NCBI GenBank assembly: GCA_016871855.1
Contig: VHBQ01000006.1
Location: 6,103 to 70,102 of the forward strand
Length of the DNA: 64,000 nt
Direction: 5' to 3'
From: Gemmatimonadota bacterium
GTDB taxonomy: Bacteria; Gemmatimonadota; Gemmatimonadetes; Gemmatimonadales; Gemmatimonadaceae
The notes beneath the pieces are model-generated. The model made no database searches, was not told the origin of the DNA, and was given only the letters and a program-made list of their open reading frames with translations. The position numbers and the translations under genes were made by a program. Positions 1 through 12,634 of this stretch are shown in pieces (the stretch's first letter is position 1; each line of letters opens with the position of its first letter).

Positions 1-498
1 GACAACTGGGCCATCGACCAGCTCTTCCCGATCATGCCCATCCACCGGCTCGACGAGGAGCCCACGCGCCGCGGCACCCTGCAGGACGTGAGCTGCGACT
101 CGGACGGCAAGATCGACCGCTTCGTCGGCGAAAAGGGCGGGCGGCCATCGCTCGAGCTGCATCCGTTCACCGACGGCGATCCGTACATCCTCGGCATCTT
201 CCTGACCGGCGCCTACCAGGAGATCCTCGGCGACCTCCACAACCTGTTCGGCGACACGAACGCCGTGCACGTGCGTCTGCGTGACGGCGGCTACGAAGTC
301 ACGGACCTGGTGCACGGTGACACCGTCACCGAAGTCCTGAACTACGTGCAGTTTCGCGCCTCCGACCTGCTGGCGACGTTTCGTCGCAAGGTGCAGGGCG
401 CGTCGGGGCTCACGCGCGACGAGGCGAACATGTTCATCGCCGACTACGTGGCGGGACTTGAAGGGTACACCTACCTGGAAGGCGAGGCCGCCAGATGA
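1..498 (+). CDS. speA: biosynthetic arginine decarboxylase, C-terminal fragment (5' end outside window)
   Basis: Frame 1 is open from base 1 to TGA 496-498. DNWAIDQLFPIMPIHRLDEEPTRRGTLQDVSCDSDGKIDRF...GIFLTGAYQEILGDLHNLFGDTNAVHV matches the conserved SpeA C-terminal region as I recall it (no search run). Confidence 0.85.
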   Translation, partial: DNWAIDQLFPIMPIHRLDEEPTRRGTLQDVSCDSDGKIDRFVGEKGGRPSLELHPFTDGDPYILGIFLTGAYQEILGDLHNLFGDTNAVHVRLRDGGYEVTDLVHGDTVTEVLNYVQFRASDLLATFRRKVQGASGLTRDEANMFIADYVAGLEGYTYLEGEAAR

Positions 499-1796
499 CA
501 CACCCGTGGGCAGTGCTCGCCGCTCCCTCGAGCGGCGGACCCGACATTCCTGGACTCCTCCTGGTCCTCGCTGCGGTGCTGGCCGCGACGAAGATCGTCG
601 GCGCGCTGGCCCGACGCATCGGCCAGCCGGCCGTGCTCGGCGAACTCGTCGCCGGCATCCTGCTGGGCGGTTCGGTGCTCGGCGTCCTCGATCCAACGGA
701 GCCGGTGCTCAAGACGCTCGCCGAGTTGGGCGTTCTGATCTTGCTGTTCGAGGTTGGGCTCGAGACCGATTTGCAGGCGCTGCGACGGGTGGGCGGCGTG
801 GCGCTCACCGTTGGCGTGGCGGGCATCGTGTTGCCGTTCGCCGGCGGTTACGCGGTGGCGACGGCGTTCGGCGCCTCGACGATCACCGCGCTGGTGATTG
901 CCGCCGCGATGACCGCGACCTCCATCGGCATCTCGGCGCGCGTGCTCGGCGACCTCGGGCGATTGAAGACCGACGAGGGGCAGATCGTGCTCGGTGCGGC
1001 TGTCTTTGACGATGTGATGGGGCTCGTGATCCTCGCCGTGGTCGGCGGCATCGCCGCGGGGGCGGGCGTGACGGCGATGGGCGTCACGACGACGGCGCTC
1101 ATCGCCATCGGGTTCGTTGTGGGGGCGGTGGTCATTGGCGCCTTCGTCGCGCGGCCGCTCATGGCCGCCGTGGCGCGCGTGCCGGTGGCCGGCTCCGTCG
1201 GTGTGACGGCGATCGTCTTCGTCTTCGTGACGGCGGCGCTCGCCGCCAAGGTCGGGTCGGCGATGATCATCGGCGCGTTCGCCGCGGGGCTGGTGCTGCA
1301 CGGCACGCCGCAGCGGCACGAGATCGAGAAGTGGGTGACGTCGCTCGGCCACGTCTTCGTGCCGGTCTTCTTCGCGATGGTGGGCGCCGAGGTGGATCTG
1401 CGCGCGATGGCGTCGGCGCAGGCGCTCGGGCTCGGGGCGGCGCTGATCGCCGTGGCTGTGGCGGGGAAGGTGATCGCGGGTTTCGCGCCGTGGTGGTTCA
1501 AGGGCAACAAGCTGCTCGTCGGCGTGGCGATGGTGCCGCGCGGCGCAGTGGGGTTGATCTTCGCGCAGATGGGCGTGGTCGCGGGGGTGCTCGCCGGCGG
1601 CGAGTTCGGCGCGGTGATTGCGATGGTGGTGGTGACGACGTTCCTGACGCCGCCATGGCTCGGGGTGATCTCCGGGCCGGCGCCGGGCGGGCGGGGCGAC
1701 GGCGATGGGGTGAGCGGCTTGAACGAACTCGTCGCGGAGGGGGCCCCTCCGGTGCCCGCACCACGCACGACGCAGGCGCGGCCGAAGCTGAGCTAG
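495..1796 (+). CDS. cation:proton antiporter (Na+/H+ exchanger family, CPA2/Kef-like membrane domain)
   Basis: 433-aa polytopic hydrophobic ORF. The N-terminal KIVGALARRIGQPAVLGELVAGILLGGSVLG and G/A/V-rich helices are typical of this family. ATG 495 overlaps the speA stop (ATGA). Confidence 0.85.
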   Translation: MTHPWAVLAAPSSGGPDIPGLLLVLAAVLAATKIVGALARRIGQPAVLGELVAGILLGGSVLGVLDPTEPVLKTLAELGVLILLFEVGLETDLQALRRVGGVALTVGVAGIVLPFAGGYAVATAFGASTITALVIAAAMTATSIGISARVLGDLGRLKTDEGQIVLGAAVFDDVMGLVILAVVGGIAAGAGVTAMGVTTTALIAIGFVVGAVVIGAFVARPLMAAVARVPVAGSVGVTAIVFVFVTAALAAKVGSAMIIGAFAAGLVLHGTPQRHEIEKWVTSLGHVFVPVFFAMVGAEVDLRAMASAQALGLGAALIAVAVAGKVIAGFAPWWFKGNKLLVGVAMVPRGAVGLIFAQMGVVAGVLAGGEFGAVIAMVVVTTFLTPPWLGVISGPAPGGRGDGDGVSGLNELVAEGAPPVPAPRTTQARPKLS

Positions 1797-1851
1797 CGGC
1801 GCGGTCGCCAACTCAACGCGACTGAAGTCCGCACCGCACGGCCAGCGCAAC

Positions 1852-2829
1852 TCACGCCGCCGCCAGCACCTCCCGCTCCAGCCGCTGGTAGCTCGCCTCC
1901 ATTCCCGCGGTCATCCCCGTGCCGAGGATCATGTCGCGCACGTCCTTGCTGGGATACGTGATGACGAGCGCCATCAGGGTGCCGCCGGGCACGGTTGACA
2001 GGGTGAGCTCGTTGCGCGTGGCGGGGCCGGGGGTGCCGATCATCTGCTCGGTGGTCACCGCGCGGTAGGGCGGCGCGGACTCGAGCAGCTCGCCCTCGAA
2101 GCCGAAGCGCTGCGACTGATCCGCGTTCGCCCACTCGTAGCGGTAGCGGTCGCCCACGGCGGTGGCGACCTCGCACACGGGCATCGTCCAGCCGTCGGGG
2201 CCGAGGAGCCAGCGCTTCATCAGGGCGGGCTCATGATGCGCGCGCCAGACCTGCTCCACGGAGCCGCGGATCACGCGGCTCACGCGCACCTGCGTGTCGC
2301 TGAGCAGCTGCGCGTCGGTGGCGCGCGTCGCAGCGAAGGTGGCGAGATCGGCGAGCACGCCGTCGATCTGGCTCATCGCCGAGCGCATCCCCTCCATCAT
2401 CCCCATCTGGACGAGCTGTTCCATCGCATCGAGGGAAGGGAAGTACGTGACGCTGGTGAACCGCGAGCCGGTGGGTGTGGCCTCGAAGTTGAAGACCATG
2501 CGCATGTAGGGGAGGCCGTCGTTCCGACTGCCGTCCTCATGGCTGAAACCGTCCTCGATTTCAATGAGGCGATACGGCTCGATCTTGAGGAAGTGCCACC
2601 AGCCGTCATGGCGATCGCCGGTGGGGCCGGTCATGTAGTAGTGCGAGTAGCCGCCGACGGCCATGTCGTGCTGGGTGAAAGTGGCCGGGTACTCCACCGG
2701 TCCCCAGAAGCGCTCGATCTGTCGCGGATCGGCGTACGCCTCCCACAGGCGTTCGAGGCTCGCCGTGTAGTCGGCGACGATGGTGATGGTGAGGGCCTGC
2801 GGATCGGAAACGACAGATGTCAGCGGCAT
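1852..2829 (-). CDS. SRPBCC / Aha1-like domain protein (two tandem domains)
   Basis: 325 aa with two ~150-aa halves carrying Aha1/SRPBCC-like signatures (ERLWEAYADPRQIERFWGP and EQVWRAHHEPALMKRWLLGP). GGAG lies ~7 nt upstream of ATG 2829. The gene sits directly downstream of an ArsR gene, a common pairing. Confidence 0.75.
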   Translation of the reverse strand: MPLTSVVSDPQALTITIVADYTASLERLWEAYADPRQIERFWGPVEYPATFTQHDMAVGGYSHYYMTGPTGDRHDGWWHFLKIEPYRLIEIEDGFSHEDGSRNDGLPYMRMVFNFEATPTGSRFTSVTYFPSLDAMEQLVQMGMMEGMRSAMSQIDGVLADLATFAATRATDAQLLSDTQVRVSRVIRGSVEQVWRAHHEPALMKRWLLGPDGWTMPVCEVATAVGDRYRYEWANADQSQRFGFEGELLESAPPYRAVTTEQMIGTPGPATRNELTLSTVPGGTLMALVITYPSKDVRDMILGTGMTAGMEASYQRLEREVLAAA

Positions 2830-2888
2830 TGAGGACTCCGGGGGACGGAAACGGCGGAAAAGGGTGGAACGGGCGGTGAGCTTTGGCC

Positions 2889-3233
2889 TCAGGGTCTGGG
2901 CTCGTCGAGAACCGCATCCAACTGCGAGAAGCGATCGGTCCAGCGGCGTTCGAGTCGTTCAAGCAGCGCGCGGGCGCGGGCGAGTTGCCGCGGATTGCCA
3001 CGGACGAGGCGTTCGCGCCCGTGGGCGCGCTTGGTCACGAGCCCCGCCCGCTCGAGAACGGCGATGTGCTTCTGCACCGCGGCGAACGACATGTCGTAGC
3101 GCGCGGCCAGGGCGGAGACGGACGCCTCCTGGCCAGCGACGAGACGCGAGACGATGTCGCGCCGTGTCGTGTGGGACAGGGCGTGGAAGAGACGGTCGAG
3201 GGCCGTCGCCGGCAGATTCTGATATACAACCAT
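2889..3233 (-). CDS. ArsR/SmtB family transcriptional regulator
   Basis: 114 aa. Winged-HTH core LFHALSHTTRRDIVSRLVAGQEASVSALAARYDMSFAAVQKHIAVLERAGLV is typical of ArsR/SmtB repressors. Confidence 0.85.
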   Translation of the reverse strand: MVVYQNLPATALDRLFHALSHTTRRDIVSRLVAGQEASVSALAARYDMSFAAVQKHIAVLERAGLVTKRAHGRERLVRGNPRQLARARALLERLERRWTDRFSQLDAVLDEPRP

Positions 3234-3245
3234 TCGGTTGTATAT
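3222..3245. promoter_or_regulatory. perfect 10-4-10 AT-rich palindrome overlapping the arsR start codon (candidate autoregulatory operator)
   Basis: ATATACAACC-ATTC-GGTTGTATAT read directly from the sequence. The minus-strand ATG (3233-3231) lies inside it. It is an AT-rich island in GC-rich DNA. Confidence 0.5.
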
Positions 3246-3481
3246 TAGCGACGGCCGGCGGCCCGGGCAAGGGGATGCAGGCTGGGTTGGTGCGCGCCGG
3301 CCGGGGGCACGCGTTGCCGCGGAGGCCGAGCGGCGCCGCGATTCGTCCGGGCCGATGTCGGTAGGCAGGAACGCGGCCCAACGGTAGATTCCCTGCGCCG
3401 GGCTGCCGCCGACTGGCGGGGCTCGACGACCGTCGCATTCGGTGATCCTCAGTCTCCCTCTTCGCCGCCGATCAAACGCCG

Positions 3482-5740
3482 ATGGAGTTCTACCTCTTCA
3501 TCCTGATCATCCTGTTCGCGACGGCGCTCGCGGACCTGTACGTCGGCGTGGCAAACGACGCCGTGAACTTCCTGAACAGCGCGATCGGGTCGAAGGCGGG
3601 TTCGCGTCTGGCGATCATGGTCACCGCCTCGCTCGGCGTCTTCGTCGGGACCACGTTCTCGACCGGAATGCTCGAGGTGGCGCGCTCGGGGATCTTCAAC
3701 CCCGCGATGTTCACGTTTCACGAGGTGATGATCGTCTTCCTGGCGGTGATGCTCACCGACATCATCCTCCTCGACCTCTACAACACGTTCTCGCTCCCCA
3801 CGTCCACCACCGTGTCGCTCGTCTTCGAGCTCATCGGCGGCGCGGTGGCCATGTCATGGATCAAGGTCATGGCCGCGGGCGGGGACTTTGGCGGCGTGTT
3901 CGCCTTCCTGAACACGGCGCGCGTGGTCACGATCGTCTCGAGCATCGGCCTCTCCATCCTGCTCGCCTTCGTCGTGGGCGTGTCCGTCCAGTTCGTCACG
4001 CGCCTCGTGTTCACGTTTGACTATGAGAAGCGATTCCGCTGGGTCGGCGCCGCGTACACCGCGTCGGGACTCACGGCCATCGTGTACTTCATCCTCGTCA
4101 AGGGCGCCAAGGGCTCGGCGATCCTGACGCCGTCGCAGATGGAGTGGATCGCGGCGAACATGGCGATGCTGCTCGTCGGCGTGTTCATCGCCCTGACCGT
4201 CCTGTTCCAGGCGCTGATCCTGGCGACGCGGGTGAATGTGCTCAAGATCGTCGTCTTCGCCGGTACGTTCGCGCTGGCGCTGGCCTTTGCGGCCAACGAC
4301 CTCGTGAATTTCATTGGCGCGCCCATGGGGGCGCTGCACGCGTATCAGCTCGGCGTGGCCGCCCCGGGTGACGTCGCCTCGATGACCATGGAGGGACTGA
4401 GTGCGCCGGTGCGGGTGAATCCTTGGTTCCTGATCGTGGCCGGCGGCATCATGGTCGGCACGCTCTGGGTCTCCAAGAAGGCGCGGTCGGTCACGCAGAC
4501 GTCGTTGTCGCTCGGCCGCCAGGAAGAGGGCGTGGAGCGGTTCAGTTCGTCCGCGCTCGCGCGGAGCATCGTGCGCATGTCACTCAGCCTGCACGACGTG
4601 TATCGCGCGGTGACACCGGTTACCCTGCAACGCGTCGTATCCGAGCGCCTCGACCCGGCCAGGGCTCCCAAGTACACGGGGGAGGACGGCGTCCCGCCGG
4701 CGTTCGACCTGCTGCGCGCCTCCGTCAACCTGATGGTCGCGAGTTCCCTCATCTCCATCGGCACGGCGTTCAAGCTGCCGCTCTCCACGACGTTCGTGAC
4801 GTTCATGGTGGCGATGTCCACGTCGCTGGCCGACAGCGCGTGGGGACGGGAGAGCGCCGTGTATCGCGTCAACGGGGTCATCACGGTGATTGGCGGCTGG
4901 TTCGTGACCGCGATGCTCGCCTTCACGGTCTGCTTCGGCTTCACGTTCGCGATCTACCATGGCGGGCTCCCCGCCATCATCGGCTTGGTCGTCGTCGGCT
5001 TCTATTTCTACTTCCACACGAACCGGATCCACGCCGTGCGGGAGGCCGAGTTTGCCCAGCAGGAGAAGCTCTATGCGGGCATCGGAGCGACCGACATGCT
5101 GGCGCACAGCCGCGACGTCGCGCAGTACCTGAAGGATGCCGAGAAGGCCATCGAGGGCTCGTACGAGGGGCTCATCCGCAGCAATCGGCGCATGCTCAGC
5201 GACGCCGCCTTCCGGTCCCGCAAGCTGAATGACCAGGGCGACAAGTTGATTGGCGCCATCCTCCTGCTGCTGCGCACCGCGACGGACGAAGACCGGGGCA
5301 TCACGCCGCGCTACGGCCGCAAGATCGCGGCGTTGCAGATCGTGGCCGCCAATCTGTCGTCGCTGACCAGCGGCACGCAGGGCTACGTGGAGAACAACCA
5401 CACGCCCCCGGACGACGAGCAGGCGCTGGAGCTGCGCGAGGTGCACGCGACCGTCGGGCGGGTGCTCCACACGGTCGCTGGCGCCCTCGAACAGAGTCGG
5501 TTTGATGAAGTCGCCGAGGCCGACGCGGCGGTGCAGCGGCTGAAGGAGCTCATCCGCGAGTTCGACCGCCGCCAGATGCAGCGCATTCGTCTGGGCCGGT
5601 CGAAGACGCGACAGAGCCTGGTCTTCATCGGCACGCTCAACAAGGCGGAGCGCATCGCCGACCAGGCGGTCATCCTGCTCCGACTGTACGGCGAATCGAT
5701 GGAGGAACTTCGGGCAGGGATCGATATGCCGACGGCTTGA
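3482..5740 (+). CDS. inorganic phosphate transporter, PiT (PHO4) family, long form with cytoplasmic C-terminal extension
   Basis: 752 aa. N-terminus LADLYVGVANDAVNFLNSAIGSK and a second ANDLVNFIGAPMGAL repeat are the duplicated PiT signature. The C-terminal ~200 aa are hydrophilic and helical. Confidence 0.85.
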   Translation: MEFYLFILIILFATALADLYVGVANDAVNFLNSAIGSKAGSRLAIMVTASLGVFVGTTFSTGMLEVARSGIFNPAMFTFHEVMIVFLAVMLTDIILLDLYNTFSLPTSTTVSLVFELIGGAVAMSWIKVMAAGGDFGGVFAFLNTARVVTIVSSIGLSILLAFVVGVSVQFVTRLVFTFDYEKRFRWVGAAYTASGLTAIVYFILVKGAKGSAILTPSQMEWIAANMAMLLVGVFIALTVLFQALILATRVNVLKIVVFAGTFALALAFAANDLVNFIGAPMGALHAYQLGVAAPGDVASMTMEGLSAPVRVNPWFLIVAGGIMVGTLWVSKKARSVTQTSLSLGRQEEGVERFSSSALARSIVRMSLSLHDVYRAVTPVTLQRVVSERLDPARAPKYTGEDGVPPAFDLLRASVNLMVASSLISIGTAFKLPLSTTFVTFMVAMSTSLADSAWGRESAVYRVNGVITVIGGWFVTAMLAFTVCFGFTFAIYHGGLPAIIGLVVVGFYFYFHTNRIHAVREAEFAQQEKLYAGIGATDMLAHSRDVAQYLKDAEKAIEGSYEGLIRSNRRMLSDAAFRSRKLNDQGDKLIGAILLLLRTATDEDRGITPRYGRKIAALQIVAANLSSLTSGTQGYVENNHTPPDDEQALELREVHATVGRVLHTVAGALEQSRFDEVAEADAAVQRLKELIREFDRRQMQRIRLGRSKTRQSLVFIGTLNKAERIADQAVILLRLYGESMEELRAGIDMPTA

Positions 5741-5807
5741 CGCGTGATCGCACGCCGCGGGTCTGCCGCCCGCGTCGGCGGCAGCGCGGACCGCGACCGT
5801 GCCTAGG

Positions 5808-7352
5808 CTAGCGCGCGACGAAGCCGAGCCGCAGCGCCTGTATCGTTGGCGGACTGGTTGGCGCGAGCAGCAGATTGCCGCTGAGGGTGCCACGTTCGCA
5901 GGACCACGAGAATGTCCCGCTCAACGCGCCGGTCGCGAGCAGCAACGCATTAGCCGAACACGTCCCCGCCAAATTGGCGAGCCGAGTGAACTCCGCCGCC
6001 CAGTTCGCCGCAGAACGGTCCATCAGGAAGTTCGACGCGAGTTGCGCGCGGCCGGGCTCGATGCTGCGCGCCGCGAACATCGCCTGCGCGGCGCGATGTG
6101 TCTGCGCGAGCGCCGCGCTGACCGGCAGCGCGCGCCCGGTGAGCCAGCCTGCCTTCTGCAGTTCCATCGCGATGTCCCACAGCGCGCCGGACGGGCCCGC
6201 GTAGGTGCGATTGGCGAACGCGAAGAGACCGATGCCGTGCTCCGGGAGCAGCAGCAGGAAGGAACCGTACCCCGGATAACCGCCGCCGTGGGCAAGGGTG
6301 AGTCCCGCGTCGCAGTCCGTCGCGACGCGCATCCCCATTCCATACGTCCACGCCTGCCAGCAGACTGGCGTGCTCGTTCCCGGGCGCCGCGTGCGCTGGG
6401 GGAAGTTCAACCCCTGCGAGAGCTCTCGCACCGACGCACGGCGCGCCGGACCAACCTCGGCGCCATCGCGCGGCGGCCAACCGGCGAGAAGGAACGACAC
6501 CCACTTCGCGTAGTCCACGGCCGTCGTCTGCACGCCGCCCATTGCGCCGAAGGCGCCGTGGATCATATCCGGCTCGCGCAGCCAGGCGTTGTTCTCCCAG
6601 CGGTAGCCCAGCGCGCGGCGCTCCGCCGGCGACACGGTGATGTCGTAGCCCGTGTCCATCATGCCGAGCGGGCGCATGATATGCTGCTCGATGTAGTCCT
6701 TGTAGGGCTGGCCCGAGACGTTGGTGACGATGCGGCCAAGGAGGGCGTAGCCGAAGTTCGAGTATTCGTGGGCGATTCCGGGCGCACGCGTGAACGGCAC
6801 GCCATCACGGAGCATCCGCGTGAAGTCCGCCTCGGGGAGCACGGTCATCCGATCGCCCCACGGGTCATCGGTGACGAAGCCGCCGACGTGGCTCAACAGG
6901 TCGCGCACACGCAGGCGCGGCGAGTCGGCGGTCGGGTACTTCCATCCGCGCAGTTCCGGCACGTACGACTCGGCGAGCGCGTCGAGGGAGAGCTTGCCGT
7001 CGTCGCGCAGCTTGAGGATGGCGAGGGCGGTGAAGGCCTTCGACATCGAGGCGATGCGGAAGAGTGTGGCCGGCGTGACCGGGCGCTTCGCGTCGAGTTC
7101 CTGCACCCCAAAGGTGCCCACGTGCTCCACGCGTCCGTCGCGGACGATGCCGTAGGTGAGGCCCGGGATGTGCGCGCCGTCCATGTAGCGCCGCATCAGC
7201 GAGTCGAGGCGCGGGGCGAGCGAGGCCACAGGGGCAGGGGAGACGGGCACGGACTGCGCGGCGCCCGGTGCCGCGGCGAGTGCTGTCAGCGCGATGACGC
7301 CGGCGAGCGAGGAGCGGAGTGCGTGTGAGGCCAGCGTCATGTCGGGCTCCAA
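5808..7352 (-). CDS. serine hydrolase, beta-lactamase/PBP4-like family, secreted
   Basis: 514 aa with a signal-like N-terminus (LAGVIALTALAAAPGAAQS) and the S-x-x-K motif in FRIASMSKAFTALAI. Confidence 0.85.
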   Translation of the reverse strand: MEPDMTLASHALRSSLAGVIALTALAAAPGAAQSVPVSPAPVASLAPRLDSLMRRYMDGAHIPGLTYGIVRDGRVEHVGTFGVQELDAKRPVTPATLFRIASMSKAFTALAILKLRDDGKLSLDALAESYVPELRGWKYPTADSPRLRVRDLLSHVGGFVTDDPWGDRMTVLPEADFTRMLRDGVPFTRAPGIAHEYSNFGYALLGRIVTNVSGQPYKDYIEQHIMRPLGMMDTGYDITVSPAERRALGYRWENNAWLREPDMIHGAFGAMGGVQTTAVDYAKWVSFLLAGWPPRDGAEVGPARRASVRELSQGLNFPQRTRRPGTSTPVCWQAWTYGMGMRVATDCDAGLTLAHGGGYPGYGSFLLLLPEHGIGLFAFANRTYAGPSGALWDIAMELQKAGWLTGRALPVSAALAQTHRAAQAMFAARSIEPGRAQLASNFLMDRSAANWAAEFTRLANLAGTCSANALLLATGALSGTFSWSCERGTLSGNLLLAPTSPPTIQALRLGFVAR

Positions 7353-7424
7353 AGGGAGGTTGCGGTCTTCGCCCGTGGACGTTGCGTCGAACGGACCGGC
7401 CGCGCAACGAAGTGGCGGGTTCGC

Positions 7425-8216
7425 TCAGCGGCGCAGCCAGACATCGGCGAGGACCGGCCTGTGGTCGGACGCGACCCGCTCGGCGATGGCGCGGGCGGCG
7501 CCGATCGTCCACCGTGACGACGGCGCGACGAAGACGAAGTCGATCTCCTTCACGGGATCGGTGGACGAGAAGGTCAGCGTCGCGTCAGGGACCTTGGCAA
7601 CCTCGCGCGCCCGCCGGGTGAACAGCGCAAGCGTGCGCGATCCGGGCTCGTCATTGAAGTCTCCGAGCAGCACGTATGGGTGCCGAAGCGAGTCGAGCGC
7701 CGCCGCGACGCGCTCCGCCTGCGGCAAACGAAAGCTGTCGCTTGCCACCCAGTCGAAGTGCACGTTCACCACGGAGACGGTGTCGCGTGACGGCAGCACC
7801 GCGTTCACCAGCAAGGCCACGCGCGGCTCGTTCCCCACGGGAAGCGTCAGCACGCGCGAACCGACGATGGGATGCCGGGAGAGAATTGCGAGGCCGTAGT
7901 GCCCTCCCTGATAGGCCATGAACGACCCGAAGCGGTGTTGCATCCCCAACTGCGCTCCCAGCGCGGCGGACTGGTCCACGCCGTCACTGCGGCGCACGCG
8001 ATCATCCACCTCCTGCAATCCCACGAAGTCCGCGGCTAGCGCCGCGAGCACTCGCCCCGTGCGAGCGAGATTCACGCTGTCGTCCATGCCGCGACCGTGG
8101 CGGATGTTGTACGAGACAATCCGCAGCGGCGTGGATGCCGGGGTCCCCGTAGTAACGCCTCGGCAGGCGCCGCTCAGCGCCACCACCAGCAGCAACAGCG
8201 TCCGCTTCCTCACCAC
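7425..8216 (-). CDS. endonuclease/exonuclease/phosphatase (EEP) family protein, probable lipoprotein
   Basis: 263 aa. N-terminus is LLLLVVALSGACRG (lipobox-like). RIVSYNIRHG..., GLQEVD, NVHFDW, LLGDFN and SDHRPV are the EEP catalytic motifs. Confidence 0.8.
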   Translation of the reverse strand: MVRKRTLLLLVVALSGACRGVTTGTPASTPLRIVSYNIRHGRGMDDSVNLARTGRVLAALAADFVGLQEVDDRVRRSDGVDQSAALGAQLGMQHRFGSFMAYQGGHYGLAILSRHPIVGSRVLTLPVGNEPRVALLVNAVLPSRDTVSVVNVHFDWVASDSFRLPQAERVAAALDSLRHPYVLLGDFNDEPGSRTLALFTRRAREVAKVPDATLTFSSTDPVKEIDFVFVAPSSRWTIGAARAIAERVASDHRPVLADVWLRR

Positions 8217-8226
8217 GTGGGGCTCC

Positions 8227-10983
<2,757 letters not shown>

Positions 10984-11163
10984 GCGCGGCGAGGGTTGCG
11001 TCGAGATCGCGAAGGCGGCGACTCGGCGGCAGGAGCCAGAGGTGCACTGCGACGACGCCCCTGAAGAGGCCCGACAAGCATCATCCCGCGCTTCCGGCGC
11101 GCCGCACCGGCGCGGAACGCCGCGTCGGTGCTCAGCTCTCGCGGGGTTGAGGCAGCGCGCGAA

Positions 11164-11772
11164 CTACCGCGCCGAGTACCGCTCCGTCACCTTCGCCCAG
11201 TTCACCACGTTCCACCAGGCGTCGATGTAGTCCGGACGGCGGTTCTGGTACTTCAAATAGTAGGCGTGCTCCCAGACGTCGAGCCCGAGGATCGCGTGCT
11301 TGCCGTCCATCAGCGGGTTGTCCTGGTTGGGCGAGCTCTCAATGGTCAGCGCGCCGTCGCGTCCGGCCACGAGCCAGGCCCAGCCGGATCCAAAGCGTCC
11401 GGTGCCGGCCGCCTTGAAGGCGTCGCGGAACTTGGCGAAGTCGCCCCACGTCTTGGTGATCGCCGCGCCCACGTCGCCGCCCGGCTCGCCGCCGGCGTTC
11501 GGCGCCATCAGCTCCCAGAAGAGCGCGTGGTTCCAGTGCCCGCCGCCATTGTTGCGCACCGCGGTGCGCACTGACTCCGGCACCTGCGCGATGTTGCGGC
11601 ACAGGTCGCCAAGCGACCAGTTGCCCAGCTCGGGCGCCTTCTCAATGGCCGCGTTGAGGTTCGTCACGTACGCGTTGTGGTGCTTGCCGTGATGGATGGT
11701 CATCGTCAGCGCGTCGATGTGCGGCTCGAGCGCGGTGGCGGTGTAGGGAAGCGGCGGAAGCGTATGGGCCAT
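11164..11772 (-). CDS. sod: superoxide dismutase, Fe/Mn family
   Basis: 202 aa. [32 protein letters not shown]...[22 protein letters not shown] is the canonical Fe/Mn-SOD sequence pattern. Confidence 0.95.
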   Translation of the reverse strand: MAHTLPPLPYTATALEPHIDALTMTIHHGKHHNAYVTNLNAAIEKAPELGNWSLGDLCRNIAQVPESVRTAVRNNGGGHWNHALFWELMAPNAGGEPGGDVGAAITKTWGDFAKFRDAFKAAGTGRFGSGWAWLVAGRDGALTIESSPNQDNPLMDGKHAILGLDVWEHAYYLKYQNRRPDYIDAWWNVVNWAKVTERYSAR

Positions 11773-11827
11773 GGGAGTCTCCTCAGGGGGCTGCGATAAG
11801 ATAGGTCAATTTACGCAAGTCGGACGG

Positions 11828-12463
11828 TCATGCACGGCGCGCGCGGCGCCCCTTCCACCATCCCCAGATCCCCGGTGTGATGGAGAGGATGATGATGCCG
11901 ACAACGAGCGCCTCCACGTTCTGCTCGAGTCCCGGCACGAGCCGCACGACATAGTAGCCCGTCAGCAGCATGGACCAGATCCAGAGCAGGCCGCCAATCA
12001 CGTTATAGAACAGGAACGTCGTGTACTTCATGTGCGCCGCGCCGGCGACCACCGGCGCGAACGTGCGCGCAAACGGCATGAAGCGCGCCAGGATGATCGT
12101 CTTGCCGCCGTGCTTCTCGTAGAACGCGTGCGCGGCGCGGAGATGTTCCTGCTTGAACCACCGCGAATCGGGGCGCTTGAAGAGCGCGTCCCCCGAGCGG
12201 CGCCCGATCGTGTACGCGATCGTGTCGCCGGCGATCGCCGCGATGCTGCACCAGACGCCCAGCGTCCAGACGTTGAGCGGCACCAGCCCCTCGCGTTGCG
12301 CGGCAAAGAGGCCGGCGGTCACCAGCAGCGAGTCGCCCGGAAGGAACGGGAAGAGCAACCCGGTCTCGATGAAGATGATCAGCGTGATGCCGACCGTGCC
12401 GGCCCACGCGACCAGCTCATTGAGGTCGCGGAACTTGTCGATCAGATCGAGAATGAAATCCAT
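11828..12463 (-). CDS. DedA family (VTT domain) membrane protein
   Basis: 211 aa. IFIETGLLFPFLPGDSLLVTAG and ILARFMPFARTFAPVVAGA are DedA/SNARE-associated motifs. Confidence 0.85.
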   Translation of the reverse strand: MDFILDLIDKFRDLNELVAWAGTVGITLIIFIETGLLFPFLPGDSLLVTAGLFAAQREGLVPLNVWTLGVWCSIAAIAGDTIAYTIGRRSGDALFKRPDSRWFKQEHLRAAHAFYEKHGGKTIILARFMPFARTFAPVVAGAAHMKYTTFLFYNVIGGLLWIWSMLLTGYYVVRLVPGLEQNVEALVVGIIILSITPGIWGWWKGRRARRA

Positions 12464-12634
12464 AAGCGATGCAATCTAATGACCGGGGCGGCGGTTAGGA
12501 TGCGGAGTCTCCAGCGGGCGGCTGACGCGATGCTGCATCGAGAGAGTGGTTGTGGAGGTCATCGCCAGTCGCGATCCGTGATCGCGATCCTCGATCGAAA
12601 TCCGGACTCGCCGATCCTCAGTTAGATTGCCGTC

